Part shown: in pieces, positions 25,307 through 40,400 of the stretch
Position numbering within the stretch: position 1 is the stretch's first letter
Layout of the letters: the number at the start of each line of letters is the position of its first letter
Source: Ophelia neglecta
Lineage: Eukaryota
Assembly: GCA_965285935.1 (NCBI GenBank)
Contig: OZ260662.1
Coordinates: forward strand, 80,910,001-80,974,000
DNA length: 64,000 bases
Direction of reading: 5' to 3'
Position numbers and translations under genes: made by a program
Notes under the pieces: model-generated
Seen by the model: the letters and a program-made list of their open reading frames with translations, nothing else
The model's database searches: none
Told to the model about the DNA's origin: nothing

Positions 25307-28300
25307 ATTCCTTTACCACCAGGTCTACAGACTGGTCTACATTAGACGCTCGGGTTCATCGACACTGCATTTAATAATGTTGTATAAAGCAGCCATGTGA
25401 ATTCTAGACATTGCGCCCATTAACTCTAATACAGTAACATGCTTTTGGAAATTCTACTTGCTCTTGTACACTTGGGAAAGACAACGCCCGACAGGGAAAA
25501 TTCGGACACGTTCGCAGCCGAAATTATATATGGATGGATTTAAAATGTCATTGATAAAGTTAATCGACAAATGCACACAAGCCCTGGACACAATAGTTAA
25601 ACCGTTTTTAAAACAATTTACATGATATAATAACCTTCTTCGTGACTTTAGACATTTACAACCGGATTTTCAAGGAAATATCAAGCGTAATAATTGTGTG
25701 ATTCAGACTATGAACTTTATTCAGTTGCAACACAATTAAGTTCCTTTTGATATGATTGTATAATATGTGAATCTATGCAAAATGTCTGTTATATGCATTT
25801 TCTTAATAGGTAGAAAAGAGTTTTATTGAGTAAATGTAAAACATGCCTAACGCATTGATGAGCAGTGCTTTGATAACATGCTTGCGGCCATTTCTTTACA
25901 AGACTGTTAATGATTGAGCTACACGCTCAATTTATAATATTATAACATTGTGTTCGTCATTAAAACAGGGGCCTTAAGTTTGTAAACTCTTATCTATTAA
26001 ATATTATTGTATTCAGTTGCTATAAAATTAATGAAAGATGAATTAAATGACTGTCACTTAACCAGATATCGATAACACAGACTGTAAGCCTATATATACA
26101 TATATACTCTACCCGGCTGAACGTGTACTAATTCTAATAGAGTATGTCAGGGTAAACGGTTAAATAATTATGCTATATGCTAGCTCCTATAAATACAAAC
26201 TTGGTAATCTCATTTTAGCTAAATGGCCTTTGAGATCCATTTGGGCGTGGTCTTCACAACATGGTGTATTCATTCACCCTTGTTTTCACAAAAGTACTTT
26301 TGGGGATTTAAAAGTAAAAGTTTAATCACACCTAATTGTGTTAATGTTTCGGGATACCTGGTTATCGTTGGATGAATCTGACAGCTGCTTTAGAAGTGGC
26401 CTTGGAGACTACCTCAATATGGGTTTCGTGTGAAATGTCATGCTCCACTGATCGCCTAAACACGTTGCATTGCCTTTTTTTATATAAATACAATTTTTTT
26501 GAAGGTACTATCGTCTTGTTTTTTCCATTCAATGCGTTTTCATCGCGCTGGTACACGTGAAATAGAGTATTGTTGAGTTGATGAGATGCGAATTTTTTCT
26601 AATCCAAGTAAACATAATTGTTCAGAACATTATTGCATTTTTCTGAATATTTCGTTTTAATTAATTTTCCCTTGTATTCCTTTAAAAAAGGAGATTTGTT
26701 GCAACAAGCACAATATGATTGTGCATGTAACTGTTACACACACATTTTCATCTCAAAAACTGGTCTCATATATTGTATGTTATACACTTATTCCAATAAA
26801 TAAGTACTTTTGACATTTGTTTATTACCTGGGAATAAATCAAAGGACTCGCATTATCAAGATTAAATACAATTGCTGTTGGTTGTACCACGAGATATACA
26901 TGGCTAATAATCAGTGCACGCGAAAAATATTCTATATTGGTGAGGCTTATTATTTCGAGTAAACCAAGAGTGCGCACTAGCTGTTAGAGAGGTAGAAGAC
27001 AAATAGGGCAAGCCGGAGATGTATACTACTAACCAACAAGTACATTTTTCACATTGCAGCCTGAGTGCAATTAAAGAAACAGTGATCGGCAAGAGGTTAG
27101 TAGAGTTACATTCACCTGTGCATAGGGATTGACAATGGGATATTGTTTAAGTTATTTTTTGTCCCCACCCGTTTAAGTGACCGAGACAAAACAATCAGGA
27201 ATGATTAATGTATAAAAGGGCTTTCAAAATATGTCTTTTTAATTTTGGTCCGAAACCTACGTGGATTACAGTTGTCACATAACCGGTTCAAAACACAAAT
27301 TTAACGCTACTAACGCTTTGAAACGGTCCTATACAGTGCTGTCCACTCGCGTCTCTAAGAAGCTGACTTGCGAAAAAGTGAGTTTGTAATATGCAGGAAA
27401 GTCGCGGTCAATTTGTTTCACATTTTTTTTATCAATCACATTTTTATTTTTTGTTGCTATGGCAACTAAATATATTTGGATATCTACCAAAAGTTAATCA
27501 TTTCATGTTAGGCCTAAAACGCCTCCCACCTGTCAATGTCAGCCCTGTAGCTCAAATAATTTTCGCACAATCTTGTTATAAACGAGCTTTTGTCACCATA
27601 TTGCAGTAGAGGAAGTAGTGTAGACATTAAGGTAGCACCACCTATCTCAAAACGAAAACGCCAGGCCTACATATTATACCTGTGGGATATAGTTACAGTA
27701 TGGGCCTAATGGTTGCCGAGCTTTTCCAAAAACATCGGCGTAGGACATATACATATCCCCCACTTTTTTCAAAACTACCTATAAATTTTATACATATTCT
27801 CCAACTGCAGAGCTCCTTCAGCCTGTGGTGTCATGGTCACAGTACCTGGAGTGGCATATATATACCTTGGGGGCTCATGAATTGCTCATGGTTCCCTCAA
27901 CGGCAGGCACTTTTTGTTTGTTTTATATTTTGAACTGAGTGGTGGGATAACCCCTTTATGTAATTAGAATTGTGATCATCACAATGATACATTTTTCACT
28001 TTTATTTCTTTGAAAAATATCTACATATATACACAATATAAATTACTCTGGCTTTGCTTTTATCACAGTCTTTATGGTATTTTATCCAAAACATTGCCTT
28101 TTCTAATTGTTGAATTAATGCATTTCTATAACAAACATATAAACTCTTTAATATATCAATGTAAACAAATGGCAAAAATACTTGGAACATGCAGTCATTT
28201 TGTTGTCAACACAATTTTTTATATCACTAAATCTGGTTGATCTAGCTAAGAACAAAATTATCCCTTTAAATTAACACAACATAAAACAATTTTGGTAAGT

Positions 28301-28493
28301 GTAGGTTTAGATTATAATGTGATATTATTATCTGAACTGGCTGTGCATTTTTAAAACAGCACGTATCATGTGAATATGGACATGAAATTCATATTTTGAA
28401 CACTGTTCATGATTCACCCTTTTTTTAAAGTAGGCACTGTTGTAAATTACATTTTCATAGTGTATTTCTATTATAATATAAAATGAATATAAT

Positions 28494-31400
28494 TTAGGTC
28501 TGAGTTGGGGGAACTTCTGGTTTAATGCCTTGAATTGTCTCTCCTAAGATGTTTTTGGCTTCGTTCAGCTGTCTTGAGCTCCCAGCACTACTTCTGGCAT
28601 GCTTCATACTACTCACTCTAACTCTGTTGTATTTTCGCTGAACCTGTTAATAACATTTAATCAATATTAACACTCATGTCATCATTTCAATGGGTTCGTT
28701 TATCCAAATCATTAAAGTTCATTTTGATCTGGTAATAAGTAGTGGCTATTAGATGATTATGCTAATTATGCTGAATCAGTTGATGAGTGGATTTATCTTA
28801 TACAAATATGTCATTTATGACTGAGATAATGGCTATACTATAACAAGGAAAGCCCTGTAATAAATGGGCAAATTATTACAATACACACATACTATGTACA
28901 CATGCACATGAATGCAGAGCCAGTTATAACAAGGCCTGGGGTGATTTTTTTGTTTGGGGGAGGGGGGGGGGGGGGGGGTGTTGAAGAGGTGGCAAAGCTG
29001 GTCAATTAAAGTAAATTCAGGGCTTTAAAAATGATACATGGTGTGCAAGGGTTAGAAAATAAAAGTAACAGAATAAATGTTGAAGTGCATGGTTGCCAAG
29101 ATCTGGCCATGGCATTGTTGGGGATTTGCCTTTTTCTTAGCTTGCATTTGGACCAAATGGAAGTTTAGCCCTGAGAGCCCATGGCCAAGAAGCCAGAATG
29201 CTTCTGGCAATGCAAATATTGGACAAAAATACAACAATTTTCTGTAAACGGGGCATCAGAAACAAAAAATAATTGGAAATGGCAAAAAATGCGGGGGATT
29301 ATTCAGTGGGAGAGCGGGGGAAAGGAGTAAATCGCGAGGGTTCCCTGACAAATGTGGGGGACTGGGTAGGCCTGGAAGTGCGCTCAGCTCTATAGGTAAA
29401 TAAAAATCTGCTAGTACTGTACTGGCAAAGTCATTCATCGTCAAATGTGTTCAGCCATTTAAATATGAACCAATCATTGGTAATGAGGACTAGGCCTATC
29501 TGACAAAATCTATTATAACTAAAAAAAATTGTATGGTATAGATGTATTAAATTCATAAAGTTTCAGCATAGCCCTTAAAATGAATAAGCCCCCCCCCCCC
29601 CTACCACACACACCCTCACCTTTAAATAAAAGTATGGTCAATACATAGTCTGTTGTACAGTTAACACTCAAAGAATTATAGTAATTTTAACTTGAAAAAC
29701 ATTTTGTTTAAATTAAAGAATGTGAAGAAGTATCAAGTGAGTTGACTGAAAATGAGATAAAGAACTTTCAATAGAAATGCAAAGAAAAAACTACAAATTT
29801 CTGGGATTTAAAAACAGGTAAATATCCGCACATTACAATGTCATTTAAACAGTTTCCCTTCAGTTTCCATAAAGTTGGCCCATTGCCGCAAGTTTCTTGT
29901 TGTTTCTATCATTTCTATTAGTTCTCTTCAAACCTGAGCCCTGTGCAGATCTTTTCTTGTCACAGCTTTGGGACAATTGGTTGGCTTGTTTTCTAAAGAG
30001 TGGACTACCCTTTTCTAAATTCCGTGACCTTGGGCGTGAAGATGCTCGGGAATTCGAGCGTGCAGAATTTGCAGTGGAACAGACCAGTGAGTACTGTGAA
30101 GAATTTGAGGAGCTGATTTTTTCTGAGAAGATTCCAGAGAGAAGTGAGCGAGAGGAGAATGAGCAGGTGGAAGAACAGGAGTCATACTGTCCATTCAGCT
30201 GTGAGAGATAGTGAGGAGGAATTAAATGTGCAATAAGGTAGAAACTCTTACCCTGCAGTTATCAATCATATCAATGTCATGTTGTTTGTTTAGCAATTAA
30301 TTGCTAAAGATATTTTCTGAAATCATTTCCCTGACGATTTTGCCTCAAATGTTTAAACAACAAGACGGATGATATCATTGAAAAAGCAAGGAAAAAGTAT
30401 TAAGCACAAAAAGCATACATGTGGCTGCACTTTGAATAAGAAAGTACAAACTCTTCGTAGATTCAAAAACATTCTGTTTCCGAAAGAGGCACAATATGTT
30501 TAAATATTAGATGATGAAGATGAAATTCATGGTTCTTTACTTTACCCACACACCTGACCCCATATCCTGTTATAAGCACTTAAACTTAAGATTCAAGCAA
30601 AGTATTGTAATGATACTTGTTAATCCATGACCGCATTTATAAAATAGGCAAACTATTAAGTTATTGTTATTGGAGTAGAGTCTACCACTTAGGAAAAAAC
30701 TGATACAAGCAAAAGGCAATGCCATAAAATAAAAATATTATATTAATTTGCAAGACTGCTGTTTTAGCGACATATTGTGCCTCTATTTGAAACAACTGTG
30801 AAAAATCATGCTTTTCAATAATAGTTACCAACATCAGATAAGATTATTTTTCTTGAAGCTTTTTGAACTCTTATTTACACGCAGGTTATACAAAGCCTCA
30901 GTAAGCTAATGGAAGGTAAAGAGACATCAAAGGAACATCAGTCAGGGTATATTAAGGTAAGCTATCGCACGCTAGCGAGCATCGTGCTTGAGCCCGCGTA
31001 GCATGCCGTGCCAGTCGCACACGCCCGCCGACTCTCGCATGCTCGAGCACGCCAGCGCACACGCGAGCACTGGCACGCATCGTCGGCTCGCTTATGCGCA
31101 CAGGATGCCAAATGCTCGCATCAAGCAAAATGCTGGCATACACAGATTCCAGAAAATGAAATTTCCAAAATGAAACAATATCAAACAAAAAAGCCCCTTG
31201 CCAATAAAAATTGAACCCCGAAAATAGCACGTGAATATATCATATTCTTTAATCAGTTAATATAGATATACCACGGCCTATTCTAATCATGACTAAATAA
31301 GTACCCGGTACGCCTAGATTCGCCAACCAGCCAACTGGTTTATTTTATATTGTCGCTGAAATGGTGGCGGTAATAGAGGGCGTTCACAAGCAACTGATCA

Positions 31401-34400
31401 GGCTTACTGTCCAGATTTGTTTATTAACAAAGATATGCTAAGTAGGTAACGTGATAATGTGCATGGCACTAAAGGAGATCAATAATAGGAATATTACGGC
31501 CTTAAATACGCACTTGGTTTTCATAAAATGTTGGCACTATTTTACCGCATCAGATCAGATCTAGATCTATATATATTTGCGCCAGTAGTTGGCATCGCAA
31601 GTAGTTTCGTGTTAGCTCAGCACAACACGGTTAGTGTCTCTGGTCTGTGGTAGATGTCGCTCGGTGTAAAAATAACAATGGCGGCTTTCGAACATTACAG
31701 GCCCTAGACCCAAGTCTACAGTAACCAACCAGTAAAATACTTTCATTTTCTCTCTGATTTAGACCCAACTGGTTATAGATCTAGTACTTATCAGTATATG
31801 GTAATGTTTCACCGGACACAGGCCTAACGTGTTTGTCGGTGAAAGACGACCAGGTCCGCGGTTCAACGCAATTTCCTGAAATGTCAGGAAATTTTGTCGG
31901 ACCGACAAGAAAACTGTCAGACCAACATATTTCAGAAATTATAACAAGTAATTAAAAATCGCCGGACAATCGGACCGACGTTGGCTGGAAAGTCATCGGA
32001 CCTTGTGAAAAATTGCCGGACAGGACCGGCGGTCTGACGGTTTTCAGGAAGTCTGATTTCGCTAATATATAATCTGGCAAATTAACCAAGTCACGGAAAG
32101 TGCTTTTTTGCCTGTACATTAGTTATGGCCATAGGTGGATATTAAACATGCTCAATCTTCCACTAAAAATCAGTATGAATTAATATACTCTACATGTTCT
32201 AAATATTCATACAGAATATCTACTCTCCCCATTCTTGATGTTTAAAAGAGAACACTAGTCACCAAGGTAAAGGTCATCTTACATGTGTTTCAAAATATTT
32301 AAAGTATGTTAGAGGCTAGCATATTTGAGCATTTTGCTAGCATATGCTACCATAATGCTAATATGTTGGCATGTGCTAGCCTGATGCTAGCTTTTTGCTT
32401 AGTGTTAGATGCTTGAGCATTATGCTCGAGCATGCCCGAGCATGCCCGAGCGTGCTCGAGCACGTGCCAGCCTGTGCTGGCACACTCGAGCCTGTGCTAA
32501 CCTGTGCCCTAGCATTGTGTTTGTGCCAGAAAATGCTTGAGCCTGGCATAGCTAGCTGAGTGTGCAAAGGACTGTATGTAACAGGAGATCTAATATACCA
32601 GTGGCACATGGAAATTATCGGCTAATGCAGCTGATATGTATCTGTTTTTTCAGGTGAAAAATTTGTGGTTACCAGGTATTACCCCAGCTCCTCATACTAC
32701 TAACACCAGAAAATGATTAAATGAGTAGTAACATAACAAAGGCACAATTTTGTCTGCGCCACTTAGGCTGATATGAGTCTTGTCTCTGCCTTGACTTTTT
32801 TCAATATAATTGGGCTTAAAGTTTCTTATCAGCAGTTGTAGCCCTGATACATTATTTCCATGTGATATATTAGAAACCATATATATACCTCCAGTTCCGT
32901 ACATACATCACATTGAACCTGGAGAACCGCCTACCTGGGCCAATTGTTTTTCCAGGTTCTAATACTTCAGTATAATAATATGGAAATGGTTGGTATATAA
33001 CTGGTAAGTTACAATTAGGAGTTACAATACATTTAATATTATATCTACATGCATACAGCGGAACTTTGAGATAACATCATATCACATAACTGTAGTTATA
33101 TAGCTAGTGAATAAATCCCAATTACCACTATGATATTGTTTATCAGCAAACTGCAAGGGACAATTATCAACTCTGGATTCAAGCAAAACATAGAGTTTGA
33201 TATGTTCAATCTGGCTATATCAGCTTACCTCTCCCAAAAGTATTTTGGCTTCCTGGAACTCTGCTTTATTTTTCTTTCGGTCATGGAGTAGTTTTTCTAA
33301 TGGCACTTCAATTACAGGTTTTGCTTTTTTTACTTTCTCCAACAACCTGTCTACTTTTTCCTTCTTAGTTTCCCTTACTGGAGCAGCAGCCATTGTGCCC
33401 TTTAAAGAGAAAATATGCTGTCTCAATGTCAGAGGTAAACTGCATTCAAAATAATATAGAATTGTGAAGAATGCAGGATGGATGGTATATAAGATATAAG
33501 GCATTACAATGCAAGCCCCCAAACCTATTAAAAGGGATAGTAAACATGTCTGTCGCACAATCTCTTTTGGCACAGTGAAAGCACAAGGGTAGGATCCGCC
33601 CCCCCCCCCAGAGACCCCCAAAATATTTATTTGCTCAAAACCCTGAAAATCACATAATATGGCAAGAAAAGCAAAAAAAAATGTTTGCTCAAATTTTGTG
33701 GAAAAATTCCCACCCCCTACCGCCCCCCCCCCCCCCCGCTGTGGGCTTCCTTTACTGATCAAGACCATCCTACCTACCAAGATTGAATACACTATGCCCA
33801 AGCATTCTCTTTTCATTGCTTGGCCCATATACAAGACTGTATGATGAAGGGCTCTACTCAAGGGATCACAGTTTACAAAAACATTAGATAAATAAATACA
33901 ATTGCTTAATAAATATATTACAATACAAACCAAAAATATCATGAAGACACACCTACCTTTTCATAAGGTTGGAATATTTTCTGCCTATTTTCCAAATCCA
34001 CTTGGTTTTCCCTAAAGACCAGTGGGTGGTTCAAAGTATACTGGAGGGCTCTTATATTGCCTTGGATATCTGATATAAAAAGAAGGAAGAAAATTAATGT
34101 CATTGGGACATAATACACCCTTCTCTCAAGAGCACGGAAAATTATGACTTACTATGATCTTCAGAAGGCTGCAGCTTTAATACCAAGGACAGCCAGAAAT
34201 TGATAGTTGAATACATCATTTGCAGTGGGGCATGGTCTGCCCAGAAATAATGGCCTTAAAATTTGGGACAATTTTGGGTAAATGTTGGTAGCTTGGTTGC
34301 CCAGGAGGTTATCTTGTTCCCTCCGTGCATTATTTTAATGGACCAGTCTCTCAGATACATCAACTAATTACAATTCATTTTCAAATGAAAAGCACATTTA

Positions 34401-37400
34401 TTTCAACTGCTGTGAAGTTGCTCTATTCGGATATTGTCTTTTTAAAACAAAATCATCTGTCTTTAAATGCATTTTTGCATGCACCGTTAATAGAACAGAC
34501 CTTTTGGCATTGGTATCTCCTCGTCTGCTTTGCTGTCCTCTGCCCCTTCCAGCAGCTCTTCATAGCCTTTGTACTGTTTTGGCACAGGTCTCCTATGAGA
34601 TCTCTTTTCTGCCGGTCTGTGTGGGACAAGTGGACTTGGGGTTTTCCTTCGTGGAGCATTTTGTTCATCAACCTGAGAGGAAAGATACAAAACTGACAAT
34701 AATAGACTCCAACATCCAAAAAATGTTTCAATTTTAGTTAGCATAGGTGTTTATTGCTACCAAGTCATTTACCAATTCAACCTCAGAAGAGAACAAACCA
34801 GAAATAGCATCCATGTTAAATATTTGAGATAATCTTTTATTTTCTAATTAATAAGTGTAGCCAGTACACACATTATTGAACACAAAAGCCATTGCATAAA
34901 AAAGAGGCTCCCAAAGAGGGTAATATGCCATCGGAACTTTCAATTCTCTGTATTTTGTATATCCTATAAATATTGGCCCAGAGTTTAAACTGATACAACA
35001 ATTGTTATATTACCAAACATGCTCACCTGGGTCATGAAAAAAGCATCCCCGTCATAATGTCTTTGCTCTTCCTCCTCAGCCTCAGATTCTGGTGTGGCTG
35101 GGATGGGGGGTAGTGTTCTCCTGGGAGTAGGCCCCGGGGTAGGGGTGCTCTCCAGAGGCTGGGCTTTTGGAGCCTCCAGGGCCAGAAGCTGCTCCACATT
35201 ACAACGTGGTATAGGAGGAACCCTGGTTTTAACCTGTATAAATGATAAAAACCAGGAATAGAAAATATGATACTATTTAATATAGTACTTAATTAAATAA
35301 AATTAGAAAATAATCTGATTAAAGAAAAGGTTTTCCATGCGTTTGACATGCAAAGAAGGTAAAATTATGTTACTGAAGAATAAACTGAACTCTGATTAAT
35401 CTCACCTTTCTCTCTTCCTTCTGAGGAACTTCTATTGCTGGTTTTTTGAGAGCTCCAGGTGGTTTTCTATAGTGTGTAGAACAAGTTATTGAAATAAGTA
35501 TCGTTAATGCTTTATTGTTTGGATGCATTTTACTATATGGATGTCCTGTATAATACTATTGACTAGTATTGTATTATGTCAGTGAGAAAGCAATATAGCA
35601 TCAGGATCTATAATGTATTGTCTTGGCATTTCCAAAAGAATGTATGAAGGAAACCTAATTCATGCAAAATAACTATGCCTGATAGCTAAAGTGCCAAGAA
35701 ATTTAATAAAGCCTAATTTAAATTAATAAGAAGTTACAAGATGTAAGTTAAAAAAGTCTGTTAAGATAGAACAATTATGTACATGTAATATACTCTTTTT
35801 TCTCTTTGATATTATTTTCATTATCAATTTGAATGGTATACCTCTGCAGGTGAATCCCAAGGCGATCACATAAAAACCTTCTCAGTATTGGAGGGTCTCC
35901 ACTATGTTCTGTTGTCAGAGGATTGTCATGGATGATCAGTTCTCCAAGCAGTGGCCAGGCAGCCACAGCCAGTAAACCTTCCTCTTCAGATATCTACAGG
36001 AAAATTGTACGTTATTAAGAAGAATTCTTCAATCGGTCCTAGAAACTTAATTAATATTCTTGAATTTTATACTAATTTGCCATATTTGTTCATTACATCT
36101 CCAGCAGATGCACATAGACAGAAAATATGACAGATACAGGGAAACCTGTCTTAAAAGACCACCTCTATATTCTGACCACCTTGCAATTCAGACAATCCTA
36201 CACATTTCAATATAAAATAACACTTCTAAACAGACAACCCCAATAATAAGACCAGTAGTTTCTATTCACAATTCACAGGTTTCTCGGTACCCTTTTTTAA
36301 ATGAACGCTGTCTAAAAGACAAAAACAACAAAAATTATTTATAAATATCTAGTATTTGAAAGGGAAAGTGAAGCTGGTCAGATATCAAAATGACAGTTAC
36401 CCTCTTCTAATGGGGTTGTATGAAAGTAGGTTGTTGACAAGGCATTTCACAATTTATATAATGACTTGAAGGATGCATGCATAATTCAGATTTAACAATT
36501 TTAAATGTTTTAACTACCTTCCTACTTTACACACTTACCCTGTTATGTGCCAAGTTGAGATAACGTAACTCTGGGAATGGAGGAGGTAACTTATCATCAT
36601 CTTGCTGATGTCTGATAGTATGTGGAGGGGATTCCTCTGTCTCATCCATCTCCTTTATCTTATCCATGTGATGCTGGGAGAGAGTTTCTTCCACCTTGGC
36701 ATCTAGTTCCTCTAAGTTCAACTCACCAAAAACATCTGCAAAACAATGTTTTTAACAGTCTGAACATGCATACATGTATATATATTATACAACAAATAGG
36801 GACGGCAACATCCAAAACTTCATTGTTAGATACATATACATAGTTTAAATGATTCAATCAAACATAAACAACATGCATATCATATAAAGTAAGAACTGTA
36901 AGAGAGGGGGAACAAATAAAGATTGACTTCATTCTTTTAACTTCTTTCCTCAAGTAAACACCTATAGACACCCCCCATCCCCCCCCCACCCCCCCACCCC
37001 CCCACCCCCATTATTAAACTTATTGGGCAACTACTAATCAAAGTTTCACAATCTTAACATGAATTCTACAGCCCAGTTCCTAATGTTGGCATGACAAACC
37101 TACCTTCTTCTTCCTCAACTTTTGAAGGCCGTGTATCAGCTGCCTTGGCCTCCTCTCCTTCTACACCACCCGTGGCACCAGGTGGAGCCGCTGGCATGCT
37201 GCTGTGGTTGTCTTCATTTTTGGCTGCATCCAATACAGCCTCTGCTGCATGAATGTCTAATGAAGTGGGTGGTGGAGCACCCACATGACCCTCCTGATCT
37301 TCGTTGATCACATAGTTAATATGGTTTGGCTCTTCTTCTTGGTCCCCATGATCTATCTGGGGGCTACTTTTGCAGCGAGGAGTACCTCTGGACTTTCTAC

Positions 37401-40400
37401 CAGGAGTATTTCTTGACTTTCGGCCACTACGCTTTTTTCGTTTCTTGTTTAGGATGTCTATGTCTTGTGTTACGTGGCGGCCTTCAACGAGCGTGAGTTG
37501 GGGTACAGAGTAGATCTCATTTTTTGCTAGATTAAGGTGCTTAAGTCTGTAATTAGTACCAAGAAGATGCAAATGAATGAAAGTAGCTACATAACATCTG
37601 AATATATAATTTATATAATTTAAAAGCCCAGCAGATACAACACAATTTTCTGCAGTTTGTCCCACTGCACTATACATGATACAGAATTACCTAAATAATT
37701 GAATATACATATATCGCCACCATTCTACTTAGTTTAAAAAAAACTATTTACAAGGTTGATGTGGAGTACTTAAGTTGGGGCATGATGATCATTGGATGGG
37801 CAAGTGCCAAAAATGAAGAAAAATTCTGTATTATGAATAACCATTACCTTCTTAATCCAGCTAATGCTGAAAAGGTTGAAAGATCAGATAATTTGTTGTC
37901 ATCTGCCATTAGGATCTCCAGCATGGGGTACCTTTGTATCTTAGTGCTATTCATACATAAAGCAAAAGTTAAGTTTAAATACAATTAGAGTTTACAAGGA
38001 CATTTTAAATTCACAACTCGATACTACCAGTATGTGCTTAATGCTATGAAAATGTTGCATATTTTAGAATAAAGCATCATGCAGGTTGTTATTTTTGTTG
38101 TTCGGCATTTAACAAATAGATGCTAGTTGTGGCCAAATAATTTTTATCCAAAAAATTATTGTTTTATTGTGTCTGCCAAAAACTTGCAAAATTTAATTCC
38201 ACTCAGTCATAACATTCTACTACTACAATTATTCCCCCATCACACTCTGTCCAGATTATACCTGAAGCATATTATTTCTCAAAAATTTCTTTGTAAGCTG
38301 ACCTTTCATCAATGACATGAGGCCTTGCCATGTCTGCAGGCAAGTTCTTTAAACTGTTTCCTGTCACATGTAGGATTCTTAGGTTGGGAATAAGTCCAAG
38401 AGGTAGGAGATCCTCAGGAGATAAGTTATTGTAAGACAGATCCAACATCTATAAAACAAATAAAATAAATGTACATGTACATACATGATCCAACAATATT
38501 TTCGTCTGATTTTCGTCTGACATCTGTCCTTAAGACAAGTGGAATGTATGTGGCATGCTGTTCTGACAAAGGTGTTCACCAGCGACAAACATAAATCATA
38601 GACAAAGAGTATTCCCATTTATACAAAAATATTCCCATGACTGGGGCATCCCGGAACACTGTTGGGGCATGCTTCTTTCACTTCACATTCACATAAATAT
38701 TTGGGCAAGTGAATTATGGGTGTTACTTGTCCTATAGACAAGCAATGTGATTTCTGATTAGGAACATTATCTGATTTTGTAAAAATTTGAACTTTTCTTT
38801 GGCATCTTTTATAATATTTTTGTGCTGTAGGGTTGGTTACAAATATTGGTTAAAAGAATTACCAGGTATTTGCCTTTAAAATATTCATTACTTTCAGGTT
38901 CATGGAGAAATTGCAGGAAAAATAACATGACAATGAGTGTAGTACCAACCTCCAAAGCAGGAAAGTCACCGTGAGTAACTTTTAACCCCCTAAGTCCATT
39001 TAGTGAAACCTCCAGCTCCCGCAGAATTGGAAACAATTTAAAGCAGTCTGAAAAACATAAATTTCGAATAATTTCCTACCAACCTGAAACAAAGATTCAT
39101 TTAGAAATTTGGAGGCACAAGTCCCAGGACTGAATGGTGAAAAAATGTGAGTCTTTATGAAAATTTACTGAGTCCTCCTTATAGCTTCAAAGCCATCACC
39201 CTTCAATGCAAGAGCGCAAGGTCTTTTTGAAAATTGTAAGTCAAGTCAAGGACTCAGCAGGATTAGGAGGTAAATGAATCACAGTGATAATGAAAAGTGT
39301 ATGAGAAACTAATATACCTCTGTTCTCTAGTTTAATATTAGAAAGCATACTGTTTTCACTGAATACAAAAATGACAAATCATCTAATGGCTATTGTGTTT
39401 TATACCATCATCTATCGACATACCAGTAAGTTTAAAATCATTTTAACAGTATAATTATAAATTTATATCATGTAACAGTGAAATAATATTCAATTATTCA
39501 TACTATAATTTTACTTACTGAATGGTAGAAAATTTTCTGAGGCATTAACATATGCAACATTATCAAATAATGTGAAGTCTTCCTGTTTGACTTCACTGAG
39601 ACCTTTCCCACTGATTGTTATCGAGCACAGATCTGCAGGGTCCTCAACACAACAATGCTTCATCTAGGGAAATAGGAAGCAATTTGATTGAAACTGCATG
39701 TGGGATGTAACAGGTGCATGGCTATGGTGCAGAAAATTATACAAGATAAAGTATATAAGAAGATATTTAGAAATGCCGAGATGCATTGTACATACATGAA
39801 TGTATTATAAATAAAACATCTCTAGGTCTCAATTGGTAAAGCTTTTTTTCTCAGGTCTATTCTCATTGGTACATGGTATGCCTATATATCTTTATAGGAA
39901 CCGTAACTTACTCTACACGTCAAAATTTTTGCAGCCCATAAGTTAATATGCGATATTTTCCAAGAAAAATTCAATTCTTCCTCAAATTTTATTTTGTACA
40001 CTAAGCGCAAAAATAATACCCTTTAATTCCTGAGGATAATTTTAATGTTTGCAAGCAAATTTGGGCCGAAATTTTTCTTGGCTAGAGCGAGGATGTTTCT
40101 TGCATGCGACGACAACATCACTAGCAAAACATATCATTAGGTTTCTTTGAGTTGCTATGAACGAAATAATGTTAACTACAACATTTTATTCGACTGACAT
40201 TGTTCAAAACAAGCTTATGTCATGGGCTTGTCTGAGATCTTGTATCATGCCTTTGTTTTGATTGGTTGAATGGGTCAAGTACATTTTTTGTACGGTCTAG
40301 AGTCCATCTGAGATTTTGCCAGCACTTGGATGTTGATGGTAATGAATCTTGAGTGAACGAGGGGGATTTATTTACCATGAAAAAAATTCAAACAATTTCC

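Noticed and set aside
27211-27290. TATAAAAG plus a Grainyhead-type AACCGGTT downstream of claudin-like 2
   Set aside because: Short motifs are expected by chance in 64 kb, and no credible downstream CDS follows.
29897-30211. Plus-strand Glu-rich 104-aa ORF
   Set aside because: It has a TTG start and no gene context, and is better explained as the antisense shadow of the Ser-rich minus-strand candidate exon.
33220-33942. 240-aa ORF as an independent gene
   Set aside because: Only 33399-33229 is coding (XRRA1 exon 14). The rest is intron with poly-C repeat fragments.
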